DNA of 53,148 bases, counting the filler, from Jimgerdemannia flammicorona (Eukaryota): NCBI GenBank assembly GCA_003990765.1. It is 2 parts of 2 records of this genome, joined end to end, with 100 filler letters (N's around TTAATTAATTAA, not from the genome) between each part and the next. Parts side by side here need not be neighbours in the genome. Positions count along the whole stretch, not along the records: positions 1 to 26,526 come from RBNJ01000720.1; positions 26,627 to 53,148 come from RBNJ01000721.1. One strand, written 5' to 3'. Shown piece after piece: positions 22,968 through 36,258 of this stretch. A model generated the notes under the pieces. It saw only the letters and a list, made by a program, of their open reading frames with translations, had not been told where the DNA came from and searched no databases. The translations under genes were made by a program, and so were the position numbers. Each line of letters begins with the position of its first letter. Within the stretch, counting starts at the first letter, position 1.

Positions 22968-24937
22968 CAGCAGCGTGGTTTGGCCCCGATGTCTCCATTC
23001 CATGTAGGGTAGCGGCCTCGACACCAATTGAGGATTTTGCCTTCGTGTCTTCTCTTCCCGGTTCTCGCTTAAGTCAGTTTTTCGTCTCTCGGTTTCGGAT
23101 GTTTACCGAGAAGGGCTTTGTTACCGATATACCTCCGCCTTGGCTTACCCCCGAGCTCACGTATATGCTGAACTTTGGCCCTAAGTTCGTTCTCCCCGGG
23201 TCGGCATCGATGAACAGTACCATCGACCCGATTTCGTTGTCATTGTTCCAACGGCGTCTCGACCTTGCCACCTTCTGGACCTCTATGGGTAATCCTGATG
23301 ACGTCCCGGAGATCTCCGCCTGGGTGCCATCAAAATGGCAACCACCGCACTGTATGGAAAATATGTAAATTATGCTCCATATGAGTGCCGCTTTGAATCA
23401 AGCTGTCCAACCCACGACGAATGTATCCGGCGCGCTTGTACCGAAGAAGTTCCGCTGCCTTCTTAAAGGCATCCGTACTCATGATGACTTCACTGTCTGT
23501 CTTATCGACAAGAATCTGGGGTTCGCCATTATACCGCGTGCTCTATATCTTGATGGTCTTCGGTCTCTCCTTCACAATCCTGTATACATGAATGATCCCT
23601 CTACGATTGATAATGTTAAGGAATCAGTGAGGCTAGACCTTCTAGGTCTACTCGAGTTCTGCATCGGTGATCATAATTGTATGCCGATTTGGGAACACCT
23701 CATGGAGCTCATCGATTGTAAGCTACCCATGTTTCACGCTCTGCCCAAGGTATACAAAGGGGCTCGCGTGGCATGGCGCCCTATCGTTGGTGCGTTTAAC
23801 TCTCCCACAACTGAGATTTCGCGTTTCCTATCTCGCTTTCTCCGTCTGTGGTCGGCCCATCTGCACCTTAATGTGGGTTACTCTTGTTATTCACCTCTAC
23901 GTGATATGCTCGAACTGCTTCAATTGGTTCGTTTGGATTACCTTGATGTGTCAGATTGTTTATATGTCGCTACTGGAGATTTCGCTGCCTTCTACACCAG
24001 GATCACATTAGATGAGTGCATCGACTGCCTCACCTTTTTGTTGATGGTGGCCTTTCCCTCTAGCTCTTTGCCACTTGAAGCCATTCTCAGCCTTGTCCAC
24101 ATAGTCATGACTCGTATGACGTTTATATCTGCCATCAGTTCCTTCTGCTCTATGACTAGTATTGCTATGGGCACCAATTGTACTCCGGATCTTGCCAATC
24201 TTGTTGGTTTTGCTCATGAGTTGCGTGCCTTGCAAATGCCCAATCATCTGCTTAGCTGAGCTGTCGCTGCTGGGCTAAAGTTCCGCCGGTACATTGATGA
24301 TCTTATTGTCTTTGTGCCCGCGATCATGGACTTGGCCTCAATCTTTGCTGCCGTGTACCCTCTGCACCATCGTATCGAATGGGAAGTCTTGTCCGCCGGA
24401 CCATGCTATTACTTAGACCTGGAAATCCGAGTCACACCATTCTGCACAGGCCGCTTTGCAAAATTCCTGCGTAGTACGCAGTTTGTCGACTGGTTGAGCA
24501 ATCATCCTAGGAAGACGCTCCATCTATGCATTGTGAATGAAGCCCGCTACCTATCGCTACTCTGCTCATCGCGCCGTGATTGGCTTGATGAGTGTCGGTC
24601 TTTGGCCGAGTTTCTGATTTACAGGAAAGGATACTCTGTTGATGTTATAACTGCTCAATTGAGTTTGGTTGATTGGCTTGAGGTCCGAACTTCACTTCTC
24701 ACCCCTCCCCTTATTTCCCACCCCCCCATCCCTCACTTCGCTTTTCCTCCCCCGCTACTTGTCGTCCAATACGACACGGCCTGATGGCTATATCAACAGC
24801 CCAACAAGACTCTACGTACCGCTTTGCTTCATTTTGGTTTCCCTGCGACTGCCCGACGACCCATCATCGCCTGGAAGAACAGTTTTACCATTCTTAACGC
24901 CGTCTCAAACACCAGCTTCGCTATAAGTCCTCCTTGA
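22925..24937 (+). pseudogene. PLE reverse transcriptase, copy 2
   Basis: In-frame fragments 23045-23368, 23372-24259 and 24314-24784 match the minus-strand RT. Confidence 0.9.
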
Positions 24938-25167
24938 AGGCCGCACCGCTTGTACGTACCGTGCGATGTTTAAAAATGTGAAAAATCGCCGAACAACCTC
25001 TGGCGCGAGGCTCTAGGCCTGACACCTGCGTACCTATGCTCTGTGACACCTGTCTACCTCCGCTCGCTTCGCTCGCTCTGGTGCCAAGGCTCTACTCCAC
25101 TCTGGTCGCGAGGCTCTAGGCCTGATGCCTGCGCCTTTGGGTGCCAACGATTTTTAGGTTTTTAAAC

Positions 25168-26514
25168 CTATAAGTGACAATCACGTGACAACACGTGACG
25201 TATCATTGGTCTAGTTCCGTTTTTGGCATTGTTTACTGTTTGTGTAACACTAGATCACGTGACCGGTACCTTTTCCCGATTGTTACTATATCGGGTTTTT
25301 AATGGCCCGTCACATGTGTAGATTGACGAAGCCCGATTCAGACCTTTGTTTGGATTGGGGCAAGGTCCAGGTACTTATGCACCTGTCTGATTCCGGAATT
25401 CTGGGGTTAGATCCATGTCTTTGTTTATCCGAACTTTGTTTTTATTTTTGAATAAAGACCATCGCAAATTGCGGTGCCATGAGTGGGTTGCAGATCTATT
25501 GCACCTTGCTTCGGAAAACACTTTATTTCGCTCGCTTTTGTTCCATCGTGAAAATTCACATAACTATTTGACCTTTTACTGCCAATCTTCATATCCGCTG
25601 TAACAGTATCACATCTTGCTCTAAACTCTTCCGCTATTATCTACTCGTTTTATAATACACAACATGACAGATAATATAAATGTAGATGGCAATGCTGCCA
25701 TCCCCAAAGCTTCCTTCACCGATTTGGCAGAGTTCGACAACCTTGCAGCCTATATTGCTGCCACGTCTGCCGAGGTCCCTCTCTACTTCCGTGCTGCTTG
25801 CACCGGAGTGCTCTCTGCCCTTGAGGTCACCGCCATGAAAGAATGCCATGCCGATTTCCTTCAGGCCCAAGTTGCCGATTGGAGGTTTACTCCTTCCAAG
25901 AAGGTAGCTGCTACCATCGCCCTCCTACCTGAGGAGCAGCATGACGCCGCCCTTGCTACTGCTTCGGCAGAAGCTAAGCGCCGCGCCACTGCCATGATTG
26001 AGGCTGTCGTTTCTGATCAAGAAACTGCCGCCCAGCATGCTAAGGACCAGCGTGCTAAAATCGACAAGGCCATGGGTGGTTCTTCTGATGCCCATCAATT
26101 TTTTGGTGTATTGGTCGATATTACTCTAGGGGTTGTTAAGAATATCGCTACCCTTGCTGCCACCGACCGGGCCAAGACAAACTTGTTCTTGTTCTGTGGT
26201 TTTGATGTTGTCGTGCGTCAGTCTTGCCATCTCGCCGCCGCCGCCGCTGCCAAAGCCACTGCCGCCACCGTCCACCCGACAGCCCCTGTGTCCTCCTCCC
26301 TGCAAGATGGGATTTCCGCCGCCACCCGCAAAGCCGTAGTTGAGAAGCTTGGGAAGCGCCCTGAGATCGTTACTCCAGGTGTGAAATGCACATTTGCTTC
26401 TGCTGCCGCTGGTTCCACCCGACCGAAAAAGAGCGTCCCCACCCCCCTACCCTCTACCGCCGCGCCTGCGGGGGCTGCGGGAAAGGTGAAGGAGGTGAAG
26501 GTGACCTCGGCCTC
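25168..26514 (+). mobile_element. Third PLE unit in head-to-tail tandem, truncated at the contig end (ORF1 from 25664)
   Basis: Repeat of 21267 onward offset by 3901 bp; ORF1 MTDNINVDG... open up to the poly-T and gap. Confidence 0.88.
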
Positions 26515-26526
26515 TTTTTTTTTTTT

Positions 26527-26626
26527 NNNNNNNNNNNNNNNNNNNNNNNNNNNNNNNNNNNNNNNNNNNNTTAATTAATTAANNNNNNNNNNNNNNNNNN
26601 NNNNNNNNNNNNNNNNNNNNNNNNNN
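26527..26626. other. Artificial contig spacer
   Basis: 44 N + TTAATTAATTAA (stops in all six frames) + 44 N = 100 bp. Confidence 0.95.
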
Positions 26627-27585
26627 TTTTTTTCATTTTGGACTTCGCGGAAGCGGAAGCGGAAGCGGAAGCGGAAGCTGGTGTGCATAGTAACAACCAA
26701 CTATTTCAGTGCCTGCCATCACATTTATCTAACCTCACCAATTAGAATATGAACATGATACAACAAATATTGCATGCAAGGGGGGGTCGATATGTCACAT
26801 ATACAAAAGAAAAGGGAACCTGAAACCGAACCGACAATCCGGATACAAACCCGCACGCTGCCATTGAAACGCGGCCGACGTCAGCGATCAAGAGGAGCCA
26901 CCGCCACCGTCAATACGGATCACCAGCAAGGATACCCGGCGCCCGGGCCGAAGTTTAATGGATCGAACGAGTATTCAACAGTGAAACAGCCGTTGCCGCC
27001 GAGGTAAACAATTGCGCACAAATAGTTATTTGGAGATAGGTATGCGAAATCGTATGAAATTGAAATGATACAGCTCTAGCTATCGTCGTAGTGGGTTCCG
27101 TGGTTATTGTTTGGTCGTCGAGGAACGGTCTTTGGTATGGATGAGAGATAGACCATTCGCTCTGGTTGGAGACCCCCAATTTACACTCGGATCTTGCCAC
27201 CGTAAGGGAAGACACGGAAGGGGGCTACGATTCCGACAGAAAACGTCACTGGATTTCCTCTGGCTGCTTGCAAAGCAAACATATGGTTTTGACGAGAATC
27301 TCCACTACTGTGTTGACATTTTAATAAAAAAAAAAAGCTTTATGTCCAGACTTTCAACTTTTTTTTTTTATGCATTTGTCCTTGATGGTTGACATATGCC
27401 ATGTTCTATCCCGTTTTTATTTGTTAAATCTACGCAGTACGGAGGGGTTGAAAAAGATATGGCAACCGCAAATTTGTGCGCGAAGAGTTCCACTCATCTC
27501 ACCACGACATCAAGATATATTACAAGTCAGACCACTCTTCCTAACTGGCCAAGAGGAAACCCAACGTTCTCATCCAGCAAAGCGC

Positions 27586-29421
27586 TTAGGCCTTACCGGC
27601 AAGCTCGTTCTTGCCGATGACGTCAACCTTGAATCCAATCTTCCTCAGTTTGTTGGCGTCGAGGATCAGGCGGCCGTCGAAGATGCAGGCGGGCTTTTTC
27701 ATCGAATCGTAGATACGCTGGTAGTCGAGCTTCGTGTCTCTGAACTCGTCCCACTCGGTCACAATCACCACGGCGTCGGCATCCTCGGCCGCGGAGTACG
27801 GGTCAGGGAATAGCGTCACGTGCTTCTTAGCGGCATCAGCGCCGCTCACGTCGCTCAAATCTATCCAAATCTGTGATTCCTCCACCTTGGGGTCGTACAG
27901 GCGAACGTGGGCATGCTCGTCGATGAAATCCTATCAAAGTGGAAAAAGGGAAATTTATGAGGGATCATGACATGAAGGGATGTATATCGTGTGAACAAGT
28001 AGTTTGCGTGCATACCTTGATCAGGGTGATGGCGGCCGACTCGCGGGTGTCACCAGTGTCCTTCTTGAACGCGAACCCGAAGACGGCGATCTTCTTGTTC
28101 GTGATCGTGTTGAACAACTTCGTGATAATGCGCTTCACGAACCGTTTCTTCTGGTACTCGTTCATGATGACCACCTGGTGCCAGTAGGCAGCGACCTCGG
28201 GCAGGTTGAGGGACTCAGCAAGGTACGTCAAGTTGAGGATGTCTTTCTGGAAGCAGGAACCGCCGAAGCCGACAGAGGCCTTGAGGAACTTGGGGCCAAT
28301 GCGAGTGTCCTTGCCGACAGCGTAGGCGACCTCGTCAACGTCGGCGCCCGTGGCCTCGCAGATGGCGGAGAGGGCGTTGATGGAGGAGATGCGCTGGGCG
28401 AGGAGGGCATTGGCAGCCTGGATTCGGATAGGGTTGAGAAAAACGTTAGTTACCGACCTCAGCAAACTCATGCAGCATCACTTCCACAAATAAACAATCT
28501 CTGCCAAAACTTACCAGCTTGGACAGTTCCGAAGACCACAGGTTCGTGGTGATGACGCGATCCCGAGGGACCCAGTGGCTATAAACCTCCGCCAAAGCTT
28601 GCTGGGCCTTTAGGCCCTCCGGTGTCTGCAGGGCGCCGATGAGGACGCGGTCGGGGTTGAGCAGGTCGCTGATGGCGGTGCCCTCGGCGAGGAACTCGGG
28701 GTTAGAGAGGAGATCGAAGCGGATATGGTCGTGGGAGTTGGCATCCAGAATCGTGCGCATGCTCTCAGCGGTACGGCACGGCACGGTAGACTTTTCCACC
28801 ACAATCTTGGAGCTCTTTGCGACCTCAGCGATCTTGCGGGTCGCGGACTCGACGTAGCTGGGGCGCGTGGGAGCGAAAAAAAGGCAGCGTATGAACAGAG
28901 GTTCTTTCCGATAATTCTTACCTATTCCTCGCGAATCCCTTCCTCGTTTTTATCCTTTTTCAGGCCGTATTCCATCCCTCGCCAGATTAAATCAAAACAA
29001 GATTCTAATTGTGGGTACTTACGCCAAATCAGCAGCCATACCAGCACCCATGCCACTCTTCTTTGTCGGAGTGTTGACGGACACGAAGATAAGATCGGCT
29101 TCCAAGATTGCACCCTCGACGTCGGTGCTGAAGAACAGGTTTTTGCCGCGAGCGCCGAACACGATTTCATCGAGGCCAGGTTCGTAAATGGGCAGGTTGT
29201 TGGAGTTCCAGGCGTTAATGCGAGCCTGGCTCAGGTCGACGATGGTGACCTTGATGTCGGGACACTGGTGGGCGATGACGGCGCACGTGGGGCCACCTGA
29301 GGGAGGATGTTATTCCAACACGTATGAGTATGCCGATCGGGCGGGGTGAGGTGGATCAACGCGTTTCAAGCTTACCGACGTATCCAGCACCGATGCAGCA
29401 AATTTTCTTGACGACGCCCAT
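27586..29421 (-). CDS. UGD1: UDP-glucose 6-dehydrogenase (multi-exon)
   Basis: [63 protein letters not shown] introns. Confidence 0.96.
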
Positions 29422-32400
29422 AATGTTATGTGGTGGTTGAAGAGGGGTGAGAGGGGATGAAAGCTGAGAAGTGAGGAGGAGGGAGACGCGACGTCGGTTC
29501 TGATATAAGGTCGGTTGATTCCCGTGTCACAGCCCGAAAAAAAAGGCGCGCTATATTTGGCAGTCCGCAACTACATTCCTTGGCGCGTAAACAAAAGCAC
29601 TGTCAACCTTCCCTTGTCCCTCGATCTTTGGCCTCCGTCGCGCCAATCGTTGCTCGCCATCCGCTCCGTTTCATCCTCTCCTGGTCTAGATTCTGTCAAA
29701 GCAAACTCCCCAGCGACACAGAGGTGATGGAAACTGCCCCCTTTCCGAAGTGTACATCGCAGGAATGGATAAATATCGCCTAGTCCAGCATTCGCTGAGT
29801 TTTCAGATATTTTTAGGCCACAATTTCGTCCACTCCAGTTCTCAGCTATAAAAGAACGGTTTTCCTCCCACATGTTTTGCACTCTAATCTGGAATCTAGC
29901 AAAGTCGGTTCCCGCTATTCCGAGCCGATGACTCCGATCGGACAATCAAAAAAAAAAACCTGGCGAGGCGGGTTCCCCTTGTGACTGTCATCTCGGTCAT
30001 TCAACACGATGTATGGCAGTAACCAACGTCCATGCAAGTGACGCTTCTTTTCGCCCCTTTAACAAGACAGTCCTTCATTCACAAAAAAGGTAATAGTGCG
30101 CATGAAGGGGCCCGTAAACCAGCAGTTATCTTTGGCCCTTGAAAGGTGTGATGGTGATTCTGGGATTCCGATGGAGGACCCTGTAACTTGTGTCAGGCCC
30201 GACTCTCTAGTGCCAGATCCGGTTCTCTGGTTTTGTGACGCCCCTTGATTGGTCGTCAGAACGCACCATGACTGACGAATTCATGCAGGGGAAAAACTCA
30301 CCGCTTAGTGCAAATAAAATAATAATGCTGTCTAGAGCAACATTCGCCAATAACACGTGGCGATGGTTGACTCATCGTCTTTGCTAACAATAATAGGCAC
30401 GTCACCGTTGTGGCTGGAGGCCCCACTTTATGTATTTTTATACCTCGGATAATTATATCTTACACTTTGTCCTTTTCCTTGGAATCTCGCAACACCATAT
30501 GCTCGCTGGGGAGTTGTGTCTCATTGGTGGAAGTGTGCGATGCAGCCAAAGGGGTGAGAGAAAAAAATCATATGTAAAACGACATCCAAGCCCTAACAAA
30601 TATTCTCGATTATAATTTTGTGATGGTGTTTGGCTAAAAATTAACCAATTGTTTAAAATGTTTGATGATTTTAAAATTAGAGCGGTATGAGAATAAGCAA
30701 TTATACTTCCTAAATGCTTTCGGGGGTGGGGGGTGGGGTGGTGACCTCGCGCGCGTCCACGTGGCAGGCGCGAAAACATTCGGGCCTTGCCTAAATGCAG
30801 TGACGATGGGTAGTGTTATGCCCCTGTTCTATTCGGGCCGGAAAGATGTAGAAAGGCATTCCTTTCACACGTTATGCTATGGGTCAGTGGTACATAAAGA
30901 ATAAATTCATATCACCGATGTATTAAAAGCTACTAGCAAGGTGCCTGAAGTAGCCTAGCCTCACCCGGGTTTCCCAAACTGAGCCATCATGTGGCTGGCT
31001 GCAATGTTGGGAATGCAGGTTCGAAATGATCGGTTCCAAATACACATCCTGCACCTAGATGCCGAGGTTATGGTTGATGTCAAAACAGTAATTTCGGTCA
31101 GATATTATGGGAGCTATCAACAAACGTTAAACATTGTACAACCGTATTTAGGCGACGAGCTTGGGATATCAGGTTATTTAAACGCACACCAAGATTTGTG
31201 GTGGATATTCTCGAGCGAGATGTGCGAACAATGCTTATATTATCGACGAACGTTGGAAGTAGGAACCGTCAGGCATCTTGCCGTGAATTATTCGAAAGGG
31301 TTGTTAGCCGCGTAACGCCCCGGCCAATAGTTTAATTGCCATAAACTGCCAAGGAAACCTTTTTTCTATCAGAAACTCCGAAACATCTATACTTCCTTGC
31401 ATGTCATTTATGATAGGGGTAAGCCATCCTTATCCGGTTTGAGCCGATGTATCTAATAGAATGTATTGATAAGCCAGCATGCAACATTGTAACAATTTCG
31501 GCTTCTTGCTTAATGTCAATAAATCAACTGCTACAAGCAAGACACGATCAATCGTAGAATCAATAATACTGGTTGATGTTCTACCCCAGCTCCGATCACC
31601 TCTTTAAGTAATATTCCATCAGGATCGTAACTCGTTTGCATGAATGATCATGCGGTCTCTGCAATAAAGCATGGGAAGAAGCATCATGGTGTGCCATAGC
31701 TATTGGGTGAGGTTTATGTGTAGTTTGACAATTGTGTATCTATATACTACTTTTTCAAGACATGTGGCTTTGACCAACTTCATTTACGCTTACCAAGTGC
31801 TTTCCACATAAAATGGGGTCTGCGCCTTCCCTAATTCTGACTAGCTCTTCGTTGTGGCGTCACGATGAAGTTATTTTTTCGTCGCTTTTCAAGGTTATTA
31901 AATCCGCTCGTTTTTTTTTTTTTTTTTTATGCCCGTTTACGGATTGGGCGTTCTTTTTCTTTACCTTTTCAGTATGCGGGAACGAGATTAATTTTAGCCT
32001 ATCGGTGGGATCACGCGCGGAATCACGCGCGGAAACAACATGATAAGTGATCATGGTACATTTTGTGGGGAAGTACACACTTCTAACCAATTTCTCGGTC
32101 GCAAAAAAGCGCGTGAGCGTCGTATTATCCTGCACCTCACAGTGTAAGAGTGCTGTCTACAACGTGGCCTATATATGGATGGCGTCATCATGTCCCTTGG
32201 GGGAGGTCACAATGACCGGTATGACTAGTTACGCAGCAATAGATTGTGCTATCTTTTCCTGGTCAGTGTTGTGATGTTTTTGATGATCAAATGAAGTATG
32301 TCTGGAACAGGCAATTAGTGTGGCTTGTGCGGGCCGGCTATTGGTGTGGAGTTTGGAAATCATACACTGCGTGTCACCTGAAAAACGCGGGATGAAGCAA

Positions 32401-32904
32401 ATACCCGTGCGACAGGTACACACAGACCCGACCCAGGACAATAGTGGTATCTGCGGCATGACTTCATAAGCATGGATAGGATACAAATTAGGGAAGAGCG
32501 GAAAGATCAGAAACGTCCCCGGATGACACAGCTTCTCAAACGCCACCAGGAAGACCAGCCTGCTTTTTCAACCGCTGCCAAGGTAAAAAAGGTGCGGGGA
32601 ACACAAAGTCCAGCCTGTCAACAATCCTGGTCATCGGCTACTACGGTCCGATTAGTCTGCCGTCTTCCTATTTCGCTCGGCCGCTGCGCTTGTTTGAGAT
32701 AGTCACACCGCCTCTATGAACTGCGTGCATACTATCTCCCACAAACCGATGTGAAAACTTTTGAAACACTAGTCCGCCGCAGCCACCCCATTCCTTCCGT
32801 ATTTCTATTCGAGCCCCACAAACCATTTGCGCAAATAGTCTGTTCCCAACCCTCAGCCTCTTCTTGCCTCAGATAGCCTGTCTGTCATTCCAGTTCAGAC
32901 CCAC

Positions 32905-35159
32905 ATGGCGTTCAACCTAACCTTCTTCAAGTCACGAAAGCAAGACACCTCGGCCGTGAACAGGAACGACCGACACCCGGAACTTGACCCCATCTTCTCT
33001 CTTTTTAGCGGGGGGGGGGCAGGCGGGAGGCAGCATTTGAAAGGGTCTAAGCCGAATGGTCTCTCCGCACGGTCCACATCGTCGGCGATAGCGCGACCCT
33101 CCTCCCCGGCGCTTTTATCCACAACCCAACGCCCAGGCTCGAGGGCATCGTCACCTCAGGCGCCAATACTTGAGTCCGAGGATCTTGACGAGAATACATT
33201 CTACATCACGGTGGAACGACGGTTCTCCTACGTGTTCTCCCGCGTGTCGGTGCTCTGCGTTCCCCATACATGGAGCATTGGCGGGTTGGAGATTGATAAA
33301 GAATTTGTTGGTGAGTACAATCCGTTTGGCAGACCGAAATACCTTTTGGTGGTCGCTGACTGTACTCTCGCTTTCAAAATCTAGAAACGCACGCGTTGGT
33401 GCCGTCACCATACTTCCAGGGCCAATACCAAAGCTTCAATGGCAAGGTTGTAAGCATTGACAATGACATCATCAGCGAAATTTCAGGTAAGCCATTGTTC
33501 CAAATGTCTCAGGATGATCCCATCCGTTTGGGCCGTCAAAGACTATTGCTCAGTGAGTTCCAAACACCAAACTCAGCGTGGTGCTCACATCAATCCTTTT
33601 TCTCCTTTCTCGGAAACAAGGTTTCACGGACCCGCGTAACGTCCGGATTATCTCGGAGGAACTGATGTACAACGAGCGCTACGCATACAAAAAGATTCGC
33701 ATGCTGCTTATTGAGAGGCCACTGGTCGGCGAGGGGACGGTATGTTGATCGAACACCTAAGTGAGAATTAGCAGAATCTTCCTTGATATTGGGGCTAATC
33801 ATTTGTGAACGCGCATTTCGTATGCAGAGAACACCCGACCAATACGTCCCCTTGATCTCCCCCGTCCGGGAATTCAGCTCGTAAGTGACAATGCATTGGA
33901 TGCAGTTGTGAAAAAGTCTGATTGCTTGGGTGAACGGTGAGATATTAAACATATATGTGCTATATTTCTATTGCAGGGATTTGGAATTCTTGAAATCGTT
34001 CCCTGAAAATGCCGCAGCGCTACATGAACTAGGTACGTCTCTGCACATGGTTCAATCTCGGTTGAAGTTGTCAATTATATCGCATCAATCTCACAGATAC
34101 TTCGCTTTCTTTCTTTCTTTCTTTTTTTTTTTTTCAGAGACTATGATCAATGAGTTTGTAGAAACCTATATTTATGTGCGAGGATGGGCCACCTCCACTG
34201 TAGAGAAGATTCAAAACATATACCAAAAGGTGAAAAAGGTACTTATTGGATTCAGGAATTTGAATGTGCTAGCGTGTCTTGGGGACCGTGAACTATGGGA
34301 AATAATGTAGGGAAACAAAGTTTTCATTTGCTCGTCTTGATTACTCACTGCTCTATAATGTCAACATCCTCCACAACAGAACGTCCTAAATGGCAACGCC
34401 GAGTTAAAGAAAGCTTGCCGCGTGCAATCCGAAAATGACCATTTCATGGAACTAATGGAAAAGTAAGCATCTCTGAACGTAAATCTCTTCGATTGTCCAC
34501 ACATTTGACAAGCAGCCTAACTCCCTTTATCCCCTCAGCGTCGTAATGGGCTACCTCCATGACAAGATTTACATCCAGTCCTTGTGCCCGGTCTTCTCAC
34601 GCGATCGCGAGATTGAGTCCCTGATGCGATCCTACTGCCGGGACACGATCCCGCTGCGCAAGTACGGGGTGGACAACCACCTGCGCGACATGCCCCTGGA
34701 GTACTTCGACGGGGCCATCCGGTGCCTGCGTAGGATTGACGCCGATAATGGCCTACCGGACCCGGACCCGCGCGCCGACGAGGACGAGCCCGCCGACTGG
34801 TCGTTCCCGGCCATCACTCCGCTCGAGAAGCTCTGCTGTGTCAAGAGAACGCTTGAGTTGATCTCGGACGCCGGGGATAAATTTGTGCAGGAGAATGGCA
34901 TGGGGTACGGTGGCGGTGAACGTGAGTGTTGAAGTTTGGAAGTCAAGTTTTTGAGAAGGTGGTATTCGTAGTGCAGCGATCTGATAATGTCTCTTTTTGA
35001 TTATACTTCTGCAGGGGCTATGGTTACGACAGATGATTTGATTCCATTGCTGGCGTACGTGATTGTGCGGAGCAGGATCACTCGCCTGGACAGTCTTGTG
35101 TTTTATATGCAGCATTTTCGGCTGTGTCCAGTGGAAAGGTCGGAGCTGAGGTTTGTGGA

Positions 35160-35195
<36 letters not shown>

Positions 35196-36258
35196 CAGCC
35201 CATTTTCTTTTATATGCCATAATAGCGGTTTGGCAATCGACTTTTCGCTAAAACAATACCTCTTTTTCTACCACCCATATTACAATAGCCATGCTCTAGT
35301 TTCGTTCCAGGCGTCGATCGAATTTATGCGACCCGATCCGCTAGGCATTCACGACGCCTCCTCGACTCTGTCGACGAACTCGAACAGCTCCAACGTTTCA
35401 GTGCTCTCCTATAAGGCCTATCAGCGAACACGATCACGATCCTCCTCCATCTCCGTGCCTATGTCCCCTCCCCTTCTCTCCCCAACAAACAGCAACCACA
35501 CATACACTTTTCAGCCCCGCTCGAGCCTGGGCCCCTCTAGCACGCCGCCCACCCCCTCCTCCACCACCTCTTCGAATCCCATCTCTAGCGTCGGCCCCAC
35601 TCCCGCATACCACCACCGCAAGTCGGCAACCGGTGAAGCCCATGTCCCAGAGCACCTCTCGTCGGACCGCTCGGACACGCAGCAGCGAGTCCGCCGCAGC
35701 TCGCTCACGCCGAGCTTGATCATCAAGCCGCAGATCGTCCTGCCGGCCATCTCCGAGAGCCGTCGCAGCCTCGACACTAACAGCGACCGGCTCGTCCATG
35801 ACCGAACCGTCACGTCGGCGGACAACGCGCCGCACTACCTCATCTTGTCGAGGCCCATCATTCCGCCCGTCCCGCTCGAACGGCCAGGCTCACCCAAGAC
35901 ATGTGCGCCACCCTTGCCCTTGCTCGTTTTCCCGCAGGTCCAGAACGAGGGCCCCGTCAGGTCACGGAGCCCGTCGTTGAACAACATCGAAACCATCGCG
36001 GGCAGGAGGACGGCGTCGAGAAGCAGGTCGCCCGTCATGTCGGGCCCGCCGGAAGTGATCGATGTCCGGTCGCGCGGGTCGTTCGAGGCGGGTTCGAGGC
36101 CCGGGTCGGCGTTGTCGAGGCGGCCGGTGTTTGAGAGCGATATTGTGGGTGAGCTAGGAGAATTCTTGACGGCGTTGAGCATCACGTCGGATGATATCGG
36201 CAACAGCGGCATGTACCGAGAATCTGCCCCGTGGCAGCCGCACGTGCTGAGAGGATAG
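32905..36258 (+). CDS. VPS9-domain protein (putative Rab5-family GEF) with Ser/Pro-rich C-terminus, multi-exon
   Basis: TPLEKLCCVKRTLELI, TTDDLIPLLAYVIVRS and ALVSFQASIEF match the VPS9 domain pattern; exon boundaries approximate. Confidence 0.82.

Larger units (their letters stand above)
21257..25167 (+). mobile_element. Penelope-like retroelement, plus-strand unit
   Basis: Reverse-complement copy of ~17166-21076; ORF1 21774-22934 (ATG mutated to ATA, stops), RT 22925-24937 (stops). Confidence 0.9.

Noticed and set aside
26527..26626. TTAATTAATTAA palindrome and apparent adjacency of the TE nest to the housekeeping genes (e.g. as Starship cargo)
   Set aside because: It is a six-frame stop linker between N runs. 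The two halves are near-equal-length pieces that break at poly-T, so no linkage can be inferred.
26647..27007. (GCGGAA)n repeat and short ORF 26774-27007
   Set aside because: Simple repeat at a contig edge; the ORF may be a terminal exon but has no recognisable motif.
29422..32904. Short ORFs and the duplicated ATCACGCGCGGAA motif in the 3.5-kb intergenic region
   Set aside because: No coherent gene model or RNA gene; the motif may be a promoter element but cannot be supported further.
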